Assembly: GCA_964411375.1 (NCBI GenBank)
Contig: CAYPKR010000001.1
Coordinates: forward strand, 422,831 to 486,830
Source of the DNA: an uncultured Candidatus Saccharibacteria bacterium
GTDB taxonomy: Bacteria > Patescibacteriota > Minisyncoccia > Phycocordibacterales > UBA12088
Direction: 5' to 3'
DNA: 64,000 bases
A program made the position numbers and the translations under genes. The number at the start of each line of letters is the position of its first letter. The stretch's first letter is position 1. The notes below the pieces were generated by a model, which was not told the origin of the DNA, made no database searches, and saw only the letters and a program-made list of their open reading frames with translations. This document shows, piece after piece, positions 37,364 through 44,822 of this stretch.

Positions 37364-38005
37364 ATGGAAATATATAAAGTAAGAAAAAATCAATATTTAT
37401 GGGGAGGTCTATTTTTTGGCATAATCCTGGTCGCTCTTAGCATCTCCTTGATTGGTGAAGGATCTATCGAAAGAACTAAATTCTTAGGGTTAATTGGATT
37501 TTGGGCCATAGCAATTATCCTGACTCTTGCCCCGTTTGGTTTTAAGTTAGAGGTAGGAGAAGATTACGTAAAAACATTTTTTTTGGGATTCTGTCTAAGA
37601 TACTTAAAGCGCGAAAATATTGAAGTCATTGAATATGGAAATTTGATGCGTGGCGGGGGATTGGGTTATGGAAAAGGCTTGAAAGGTTGGGAAAGAACTA
37701 AGAGAGGAAATCGAAAGTATTTTAGTATCGGGGAAGATGCTTATGGTAAGGGAGCAATGAAAGGCATTGCTCGTGCTCTTAGTAAAGACTCTCTACTTGA
37801 AAATAAGTTTAAGAACCAGGATCCCCATAAGGAAATTGATAGTAAAAAGAAAGTTCAGATAGCCATGATATGGACTGCTGGCTCGATAATAGGTTTCTTT
37901 CTTTTGCTTAATTATGCTCAAAATACAAAATTCGCCATTCTTATTCCGATTTCTATTCTCTCGTTAATTATTTCAATGGTGTATTTAATTAAGGCCAAGA
38001 GTTAA
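37364..38005 (+). CDS. Putative cognate immunity protein: four-TM membrane protein with a central bPH-like soluble domain.
   Basis: Starts 1 nt after the toxin stop. TM helices GLFFGIILVALSISLIG, LIGFWAIAIILTLAPFGF, two C-terminal helices, and a central Gly/Lys-rich domain. Position and topology fit immunity to a membrane-targeting toxin. Confidence 0.45.
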   Translation: MEIYKVRKNQYLWGGLFFGIILVALSISLIGEGSIERTKFLGLIGFWAIAIILTLAPFGFKLEVGEDYVKTFFLGFCLRYLKRENIEVIEYGNLMRGGGLGYGKGLKGWERTKRGNRKYFSIGEDAYGKGAMKGIARALSKDSLLENKFKNQDPHKEIDSKKKVQIAMIWTAGSIIGFFLLLNYAQNTKFAILIPISILSLIISMVYLIKAKS

Positions 38006-39777
38006 TTTGTAATCACTTTACTAAAAGTTCTGCTATTTCTCGCTAGCAATTGCTCATAATTGTCAGGAGTAATTGGTTCACTAAAATCGGGCTTCTTTCT
38101 TCTGCGTCCTAGCAGTTCCCATTGAGGAACTTTTCCCTCGATGCGGAACTCTATAGTCTTGTTTTCTTCAGTATTGCCATTTTGTGTAATCGGCAGAGCT
38201 CCATAAATAGAGAACTGATCAAGTTTGAAAACTATTTTGGTTACGTGCTCCAACAGAAATTTTCTTTTGGAGTCAAACTCTTTGGCATTTATGAACTGCA
38301 CTCGTGCATTTTCGCAGTACTCTTTGATGCTCGAATTGACGACATCAGTCTTGTACAGCAGTGGTATTCGCTTTGCCAATTCAATGTACTCCGTCTTCAG
38401 AGCACTTGTTTCCTCGTCGTATTTTTGGCTCTTTGAGACATACACCTCTTTCTCAAGATTGCCCATCGTATATATCTCCACCAAGCGTTTCTTTTTGTGA
38501 GTAATCAGTTTTATTTTTTGATCAATATACCTGCGCTGTCGTTCTAATTTCTTGTGTTCTTTATCCGCATCAATTTTTAAGAAATCCATACACTTCTTGA
38601 GCTTGGACGGCTCGAGCATGAAATCGAAGATTGCCTTCCAGACATAGTATTCAAGAATATCGGCTTTGACCTCCTTGTTGTGGCATTTCTTCAATGGATT
38701 ATTTACAGAGTGCATTCTTTGTCGATATCTCCAGTTACATTTATACGCACGCTTATGAATAACCCTGGGTACTTTTGTACGTTTGTCGTGATAGTGAGTC
38801 CGGTATGCAAAGAAGCTACTTCCGCATTCGCCACAGCGTACTAGCGAGGAAAGCAACTGAATCACCCTGGGATTCCTATACTTCTTCCTGTTCCATTGAA
38901 TACGCTCTTGTACCGTATCGAAAATCTTTTGCGGTATGATTCTCGGTACCTCGATACCTACCCATTCAGTCCGGTCTCGCTTTAACATTTTCTTCGTCGT
39001 GCTCTGTATCCCATGTATTGGATTCGCGTATTCACGCACCACTTTCATGGTATTGAAATAGCGAATGCCGGTGTACATCTCATTTCGAGTCATGCATTTG
39101 ATCAGGGAAGTGCGCCAGATATTTTTCCTCCTCTTTGTTGGCGCACCCATTTCCTCGAGTCGCCTTGTTATCTGATTTACCCCAACCTGTCCCTTCGCAT
39201 ATGTTTCAAATACATACCGTACTACTTTGGCTTCCTCCTCATTGATCGTGTAGTACGGATCAGACGTGGGGGTACGTTTGTGATAGTCATAGCCGTATAT
39301 GTTATTGCCACATCCGAGCAGTTTTCCTTGTTGCAGTCGATGCTGTCGTGCTCGCACTGTGCGCTCAATGATCTTTGCTCTCTCTAGTTCTGCTACCGCT
39401 CCAAGTACGGTGACCGTGAACTTGTTTTCAGGATTGTGGATGTAGTCCTTGCCGTTGATGATGATTTGTTTTTTGTACTTTAGGATCTCCGCAATGATGA
39501 TGGTCTGGTACGTTACTTCCCGGGCAATCCGGTCGGTGTTGAGAAAGTAGATCACATCGAATACATCCGTTTTCAGGTCTTTCCGTAATTCATCCATTGC
39601 CGGACGATCCAATCGGGCACCGGTATATCCGTCGTCCACGTACTCCTTCACGAGCAGATTGCCGTCCCCGGCAATCTGTCGTTTCAGCTCAACTATCTGG
39701 CTCTCGATCGTTTTCTCGTTCCGCTGAAGTGTCGAACTGACTCGGGCATAGTAACTTGCGCGTTTCATATACCCCAT
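38002..39777 (-). CDS. Large serine recombinase (integrase).
   Basis: N-terminal resolvase catalytic domain (YARVSSTLQ with Ser nucleophile, DGYTGARLDRP), recombinase domain, Cys-rich zinc ribbon (CGECGSSF...C) and C-terminal coiled coil. About 590 aa. Confidence 0.8.
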   Translation of the reverse strand: MGYMKRASYYARVSSTLQRNEKTIESQIVELKRQIAGDGNLLVKEYVDDGYTGARLDRPAMDELRKDLKTDVFDVIYFLNTDRIAREVTYQTIIIAEILKYKKQIIINGKDYIHNPENKFTVTVLGAVAELERAKIIERTVRARQHRLQQGKLLGCGNNIYGYDYHKRTPTSDPYYTINEEEAKVVRYVFETYAKGQVGVNQITRRLEEMGAPTKRRKNIWRTSLIKCMTRNEMYTGIRYFNTMKVVREYANPIHGIQSTTKKMLKRDRTEWVGIEVPRIIPQKIFDTVQERIQWNRKKYRNPRVIQLLSSLVRCGECGSSFFAYRTHYHDKRTKVPRVIHKRAYKCNWRYRQRMHSVNNPLKKCHNKEVKADILEYYVWKAIFDFMLEPSKLKKCMDFLKIDADKEHKKLERQRRYIDQKIKLITHKKKRLVEIYTMGNLEKEVYVSKSQKYDEETSALKTEYIELAKRIPLLYKTDVVNSSIKEYCENARVQFINAKEFDSKRKFLLEHVTKIVFKLDQFSIYGALPITQNGNTEENKTIEFRIEGKVPQWELLGRRRKKPDFSEPITPDNYEQLLARNSRTFSKVITN

Positions 39778-39821
39778 GGATGACGCTGATCCATGGGGGA
39801 GTCAAGGATTTTCTGGTATAT

Positions 39822-40241
39822 CTATTTACCTCTCTCGTTGTACTTTGGCTGATGAGCAAGAATTTGCTCTGCTTCCCATCTTAGAGCTTCCTCTGCATTG
39901 TCACAAAGATGGTAACCAAAATGAGTAGCTTCTGGCCAGTAATCATCTCGTAGGTGGCAAAGTAGACGGTCACGCATTCCACCGTTTCCGGTTCCTACAC
40001 CAATATAGACTGGCTGCAATTGATTTTGTGCTGTCAAAAAACCACAAAAATAGACCCCAATTGCCCTTGAATTCCAGTTACCAATAATTTCGTCGTTGTA
40101 AAGGTAATGCCCTTGATAGTTGTAGATCATAGTTTTTTGTTTCCCCTCGTAATAATTCTGGGTTCGAATAATTGAACCTTCAGCCGCTGTGTGAGAGTAG
40201 GCAGTGGGAGAGGAGTTACCTCTCGGGAGAGATTTTCGCAC
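39822..40241 (-). CDS. Hypothetical protein, possibly a GIY-YIG-like nuclease fold.
   Basis: GVYFCGF...PVYIGVGTG...RL..H...E arrangement loosely resembling the GIY / YIG / Arg / Glu motif order. Weak. Confidence 0.25.
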   Translation of the reverse strand: MRKSLPRGNSSPTAYSHTAAEGSIIRTQNYYEGKQKTMIYNYQGHYLYNDEIIGNWNSRAIGVYFCGFLTAQNQLQPVYIGVGTGNGGMRDRLLCHLRDDYWPEATHFGYHLCDNAEEALRWEAEQILAHQPKYNERGK

Positions 40242-40327
40242 CCGCGCTCTTCACCGTCAATCTTTACGGACTTCTGTTAGTATTGCATGTTATGGACTGG
40301 ATATGCCCTATATGATATACTTCAAGC

Positions 40328-40990
40328 ATGCATCCCATTCAAGAGAACCTGCTTCTTTTATCGAAAACCGAAAATCTTGCGAAATTAAGCTTGAGAGAGA
40401 TGGCTAAGCGCATTGCGATGCCTAAAGAATCTCCTCAAAAAATTAAGCATCATCTCCTCCAGCTTCAGAAGAAGGGATTTTTGAGTATCGACAGGGCGAA
40501 GGGGATGATGAGCAGAACAACCCTTGAGCCAGATTGGGCAAAAGGACTTTTGAAGAAAACGTCTCGGTTGTTTTCAATTCCCGTTATTGGTACCGCTAAT
40601 TGTGGCCCAGCAACAGTTTTTGCTGAACAAAATTTCCAAGGTTTTCTTCGGGCTTCGAGTAAACTCGTCGGTAGATCAAGACCGAATGGGTTGTATGCGT
40701 TAAAAGCTGACGGATCATCGATGAATAGGGCGGAAATAAACGGTAAAAAAATTGAAGATGGAGATTATGTAATAATCGATAGTAAAAACAAAAGCGTTAG
40801 TACCGGAGACGTAGTACTCGCCATTATTGACAATAAAGCAACTGTAAAAAGATTTATTGACGATCGTCTAAATAAGCAGATTGTATTGAAAGCTGACTCA
40901 TCATTTGACTATGCTCCTATCTATTTGCATCCGAGTGATGATTTCAGTATTAGCGGGAAAATCGTAGGTGTAATTAAAAGATCATCATAA
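40328..40990 (+). CDS. LexA/phage CI-like repressor: N-terminal wHTH plus C-terminal S24 self-cleaving peptidase domain.
   Basis: The N-terminus is HTH-like (SLREMAKRIAMPKESPQKIKHHLLQLQKKGFL). The C-terminal S24 domain has LKADGSSMNRAEI (Ser nucleophile) and ATVKRF (Lys general base). Confidence 0.65.
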   Translation: MHPIQENLLLLSKTENLAKLSLREMAKRIAMPKESPQKIKHHLLQLQKKGFLSIDRAKGMMSRTTLEPDWAKGLLKKTSRLFSIPVIGTANCGPATVFAEQNFQGFLRASSKLVGRSRPNGLYALKADGSSMNRAEINGKKIEDGDYVIIDSKNKSVSTGDVVLAIIDNKATVKRFIDDRLNKQIVLKADSSFDYAPIYLHPSDDFSISGKIVGVIKRSS

Positions 40991-40994
40991 TTCT

Positions 40995-41228
40995 ATGACT
41001 AAGAAAAATTTTCATAGTGTGCCCTGGGGAGAAGATTGGGCGGTTAAAAAAGAAGGAATTAATAAGCCGGTTTCTATTCATCGAACGCAGGCCACCGCTG
41101 AAGACAAAACCCATACTCTTGCAAAAAAGAATGAAGTTGAGGCTGTGTACCACAACAAACACGGGCAAATTAAAGACAAAGACAGTTTTGGAAACGACCC
41201 TCATCCGCCAATCGACCGTAAACATTAG
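40995..41228 (+). CDS. DUF2188-family small protein.
   Basis: FHSVPWGEDWAVKKEG...VSIHRTQATAEDKTHTLAKKNEVEAVYHNKHGQIKDKDSFGNDPHPP closely follows the DUF2188 consensus (HVVP..GGWAVK...DSYGNDPNPP). Confidence 0.55.
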   Translation: MTKKNFHSVPWGEDWAVKKEGINKPVSIHRTQATAEDKTHTLAKKNEVEAVYHNKHGQIKDKDSFGNDPHPPIDRKH

Positions 41229-41280
41229 TTTTGTTGGTAACCCCTCTTCGCAAATTCTTGGGATCTGCTAGGGTACTGAC

Positions 41281-41505
41281 TGATAGCCTTCTTTAGGCTA
41301 TCATTGTAGCTACAATTAAATATTGCCCCGCAAGGGGCTAAGACCTAAACCAATGACTTCGGTCACTGGCATGGTCCCAAATCGTAGTGCATAGAGAACC
41401 CGTCATTCAGGGCGTGCACTACGTTATCAGGGGAAACTCTGGTAGGGCCGCAAGGCCTCCTGGTGGCGGGCTTTGTGTTTTCCACCAGACACATTACCAA
41501 TGTAA
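41281..41505 (+). ncRNA. Candidate structured non-coding RNA of unassigned class.
   Basis: A dense series of hairpins: 8-bp stem GATAGCCT/AGGCTATC; GCCCC-GCAA-GGGGC (GNRA loop); TGAC-TTCG-GTCA (UUCG loop); GGCC-GCAA-GGCC (GNRA loop); 7-bp CTGGTGG/CCACCAG; and a 9-bp long-range pairing CGTAGTGCA/TGCACTACG. Stable GNRA/UUCG tetraloops occur only on the + strand reading. No ORF is supported here. Confidence 0.3.
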
Positions 41506-41514
41506 TTCGTCGGT

Positions 41515-42036
41515 ATGGAAAATACTGAAAAGGTACAGAGACCAATTTATAAAAAACCGTGGTTCTGGTTGATCGCAACTTTCCTCGTACTTTTTATTGT
41601 TAGTTTGTCAGGTCAGCATCCTTCAAATAATGCAGTTTCAAAAAGTATCCAAAGACCGCCAACTCTAAGTGACCAAATTACTATCGCATGTGACACATTT
41701 GCGACTGGTACCCCGGTAACACTTAGTTACAAAGAACTTGAGAAGAGTCCCGACAATTTTTCAAACCAGTATGCTCGCTTCACTGGACAAGTACTGCAGA
41801 TTCAAGAATTAGATAATCTTGGATATATGCGGCTGGCAATAGTAAAGAATGAGTTCGGTGATTGGGATTTATCACACGTACTATACGTTCAGTACACAGG
41901 GAATACAGAAGCAGTGGAAGATGATGTCGTTACTGTAACTGGGGTGATGGAGGGAAGTCATACCTATACGTCACAAGCAAACTATCAGATCACCGTACCT
42001 TCAATGTATGCGTGCTCAGTTAAAAAGATAAGTTAA
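41515..42036 (+). CDS. Membrane-anchored extracytoplasmic hypothetical protein (DUF4352-like beta-sandwich?).
   Basis: N-terminal TM WFWLIATFLVLFIVSL, then a beta-rich domain with one Cys pair. No firm family. Confidence 0.3.
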   Translation: MENTEKVQRPIYKKPWFWLIATFLVLFIVSLSGQHPSNNAVSKSIQRPPTLSDQITIACDTFATGTPVTLSYKELEKSPDNFSNQYARFTGQVLQIQELDNLGYMRLAIVKNEFGDWDLSHVLYVQYTGNTEAVEDDVVTVTGVMEGSHTYTSQANYQITVPSMYACSVKKIS

Positions 42037-42476
42037 GCATCCTCGTTAAATCCCAAACTCCTATTCCTATGCTTCTGCTTCTCGCCCCTTTCATTCCGAA
42101 GCATTTCCGCAGTCTGCTTACTCACTCTAATTTCTCCATCTTCACTTCGAAATGAATCCATGGAATTGTTACTTTCGGTTTCAACAATCTGAACCTTGTT
42201 TCGATATCGATTCGAATTGTGAGTCAGAAAAAACTTTGCCGCACCCAAGTCACCATTTCGTACCTTGTTAACTAGAGTTACTTCTGCCAACTCGATAAGA
42301 TTTTCTCTGCCACTATTTTGCGCTTTCAGCACTTTCTGTTTGAATCGATAGTTGCTATGCATCCATCGATAGATAGTGGCGCGAGAAACTCCTACTTTCT
42401 TACAGGCGTGGTTAATGAACGGCGTTGTCGCTAGAATCTCTAGAAACTTCTTTCGCTCATCGCTACTGCGAGCCAT
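42033..42476 (-). CDS. HTH-domain protein resembling phage terminase small subunit or a transposase HTH.
   Basis: KKFLEILATTPFINHACKKVGVSRATIYRWM is a homeodomain-like HTH typical of TerS N-termini. The start overlaps the upstream ParB-methylase gene. Confidence 0.35.
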   Translation of the reverse strand: MARSSDERKKFLEILATTPFINHACKKVGVSRATIYRWMHSNYRFKQKVLKAQNSGRENLIELAEVTLVNKVRNGDLGAAKFFLTHNSNRYRNKVQIVETESNNSMDSFRSEDGEIRVSKQTAEMLRNERGEKQKHRNRSLGFNEDA

Positions 42477-43806
42477 GGATCTTAACGCGTTTCTTGCCCG
42501 TAAACTTCTCCCATCGATTCAGAATGACTTCGGCATAGACAGGGGACTTCTCCATGACGAAGCATCGACGCTTAAGAGTAATAGAAGCGATCAGAGTGGA
42601 TCCACTCCCGCCAAATGGTTCAAGAACAATTTGGTTTCGAGTAGTAAGTACCTTAATGTAGGGAATTAAAATCTCTACAGGTTTCACCCCGAAGATGATA
42701 CCTTGTCCGCTCGTCTTCCGATTTGCCGCATTGAATTCGATAAAATCAGTCGGAGAATACTTCTTGCCACTCTCGTATCCTTCCCATTGCGGTTTTCCCG
42801 ATATGGCAAACAGAGCGGTAAGATATTCATTTCCAAGCAATCCTTCGTCTTCCGTATTTACTCCAAGCTTCCCACTGGTTCCCAGTAGTGCAATGTCATG
42901 CTTAGAGAAGAATTTGTATTTACTCGGATGGTTTTGATTTCGATTCGGTACATGCCAAACAAGCATGTTGCGGACTTTCCAGTTTTTCTCCATCTCGTTC
43001 CAGACTTCCCGAATATTTTTCCAGTTCTCGTAGCAGATGATTGAAAAATCTACTTTGGCTACTGTCGCAACATTACCCATCCAGAGTTCGGTAAAATTTT
43101 CTGGTAATACCTCGGTCTCGATATATCGTCGATCCTGTTTTGCGCCGAATCCTTTCGACTTACTCCCGGGCTTCAGATATTCAAGGCGATACGGCGGATC
43201 AGTCATGACCATGTCTATTTTTTCGGAACCTGCGAGTGCTTGAGCATCTGTCTCTATAGTGCTGTCGCCACACATCAACCGAGATCCATCGAGATCATAT
43301 AGGTCTCCCTTCTGTACGGTAATTTCGGTAATATCGAGTTTCTCCAGTTCCTTTTCTATATCGAAGTCCGACTCCTCCAGTTCGTCATCAAAGACTTCAT
43401 CTATCTCTTCTGAATCGAATCCAATATCGGTGAGAAAAGACTCATCGAATTCTGCGAGTAGATCAAAGTCCCACTCGCCGACTGCTTTGTTCAGTCGCAA
43501 ACATAAATCTTTTTCTTTTTCCAAATCACTAATCTCAACAAATATTACCGGCACCTCGGTATATCCCAGATCCTTCAATACCTCGAAGCGGAGATTGCCT
43601 CCAATGATTATCCCTTCTCGACCCGCCGCTTTGTTCACCAGCAGGGGATCTTTCACTCCATGAAGCTCAATACTTTTTCGGACTGGAGTTTTCGTTTCTT
43701 CTGAAATAGCTCGAGGATTGTACTCTGCATGGCGCAGGGAATCAGTAGGTACGTACTCGACATGCATCCTATACGCCTCATTTGTTGTATGAGAATCACT
43801 AACCAT
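42463..43806 (-). CDS. ParB-like nuclease domain fused to an N6-adenine/N4-cytosine DNA methyltransferase (phage-type).
   Basis: The N-terminal ParB/Srx-like segment (IIIGGNLRFEVLKDLGY), an acidic linker, then the methylase core: CGDSTIETD...IDMVMTDPPY (motif IV DPPY) and VLEPFGGSGSTLIAS (motif I). Confidence 0.75.
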   Translation of the reverse strand: MVSDSHTTNEAYRMHVEYVPTDSLRHAEYNPRAISEETKTPVRKSIELHGVKDPLLVNKAAGREGIIIGGNLRFEVLKDLGYTEVPVIFVEISDLEKEKDLCLRLNKAVGEWDFDLLAEFDESFLTDIGFDSEEIDEVFDDELEESDFDIEKELEKLDITEITVQKGDLYDLDGSRLMCGDSTIETDAQALAGSEKIDMVMTDPPYRLEYLKPGSKSKGFGAKQDRRYIETEVLPENFTELWMGNVATVAKVDFSIICYENWKNIREVWNEMEKNWKVRNMLVWHVPNRNQNHPSKYKFFSKHDIALLGTSGKLGVNTEDEGLLGNEYLTALFAISGKPQWEGYESGKKYSPTDFIEFNAANRKTSGQGIIFGVKPVEILIPYIKVLTTRNQIVLEPFGGSGSTLIASITLKRRCFVMEKSPVYAEVILNRWEKFTGKKRVKIHGSQ

Positions 43807-44045
43807 ATGTATTTTTTAGGAATTAATCGACTCCGGAGTCGGAGAGTAGAGGAACATTCCTCAACTCATACATATAAGTATGCGCGCGAAAACCTATTTT
43901 TAATTGGGAGCGCTTCATTTTTCACTTTGTCTGGAATGCTCCTAAATAGGGGATTATACGGAATGAAATTTTGCACGAATTTTTTGCCACGAAAATATTA
44001 CTCTGACAATATATTCAAATTTCTGGGAGATGTAGACTAAATTGC

Positions 44046-44384
44046 ATGAAACTGAACATGAGATTCAACTGGCCGCTCGGTGAAAATTCTGCATACGTAA
44101 GCGTGGGAATGCCTAATATCGACGATCTTAAAAAGGAGTTCAAAATTGGCGTGATTCCCAAAGCACACCCAAAGGAAATTCAGTGGCAAGACCTTGGCTG
44201 GATCCCAGGAAATGAAATCGATGCAAAAATGGAATTCCGAGTAGATAGGGGCGACAAGGTTGTATTGCAATATGGCGATCTCGGTACGAACAAAGCGGAA
44301 GGGGGAATAACAATAGATTCGGAAGAAGAGTGGCCTATGGAGGCGCAGGGAGCCGCGGTCACTGACATGTCTTGGAATCTTTGA
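44046..44384 (+). CDS. Small hypothetical protein.
   Basis: ORF only; no motifs. Located at the distal edge of the phage-like element. Confidence 0.2.
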   Translation: MKLNMRFNWPLGENSAYVSVGMPNIDDLKKEFKIGVIPKAHPKEIQWQDLGWIPGNEIDAKMEFRVDRGDKVVLQYGDLGTNKAEGGITIDSEEEWPMEAQGAAVTDMSWNL

Positions 44385-44589
44385 TTCTCGTACTGCGTTC
44401 CGGTGTCTCATCTGTCGCATTTTGCTGGTACCATATGTATGACAAGGTTCTTTGAAAAAGTCGCGCATCTACATATATATTGTGTTGGTTTCGATACCGG
44501 GGGAATGGGCGAAAATATTTGAAAACCCAGTTGGACTACTAACTGGATTCAATCCTGGCTTGTACGATTTAACGTACTGTAATGCCTAG

Positions 44590-44703
44590 AATCTCGGGCA
44601 ACCTCCAGAAGGTGTTGGCCGTGACGATCTGAATGCCAGATATTACAATCCATCCACAGGGGAATTCTTGAGTCAAGATCCACTTCCGGCGTATTTTGCG
44701 AGC
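44590..44703 (+). pseudogene. Orphan remnant of an RHS core C-terminal region. It is truncated, with no toxin domain.
   Basis: Translation NLGQPPEGVGRDDLNARYYNPSTGEFLSQDPLPAYFASCRFAHRTY* matches the big toxin's ...LNARYYNGTQGQFLSQDPVF... core motif. It is bounded by an in-frame stop 3 codons upstream and has no plausible start. Confidence 0.55.
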
Positions 44704-44822
44704 TGCCGTTTTGCCCATCGTACATATTGAATGAATCATCCATGCGTGCTACTATCCAATTACTTAGAATCTCTAAGTAAATTATTCAACTATTCGTCAA
44801 GTATCGTTGTAAATCATTTTTT

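Larger units (their letters stand above)
38002..44580. mobile_element. Putative integrated phage-like or integrative element (possibly degenerate). It encodes a large serine recombinase, a CI/LexA-like repressor, DUF2188, ParB-methylase, a TerS-like HTH protein and a structured RNA.
   Basis: Cluster of hallmark mobile/phage genes. It is flanked on the left by the RHS toxin-immunity pair and on the right by an RHS C-terminal remnant. Exact att boundaries are not determinable from sequence alone. Confidence 0.4.

Noticed and set aside
41281-41505. Considered tRNA, tmRNA, RNase P, SRP or 6S identity for the structured region.
   Set aside because: There is no cloverleaf with T-loop GTTCRANYC, no tmRNA tag reading frame or CCA-proximal acceptor, and no RNase P or SRP consensus boxes. 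It is left as an unclassified ncRNA candidate.
43259-43663. Ser-rich 134 aa + strand ORF.
   Set aside because: It is antisense to the ParB-methyltransferase gene, and the low-complexity Ser run mirrors the acidic linker on the coding strand.
43729-44040. 103 aa + strand ORF.
   Set aside because: Its start is embedded in the 5' end of the ParB-methylase gene on the opposite strand. It has no motifs and is probably spurious, although a small phage ORF cannot be excluded.
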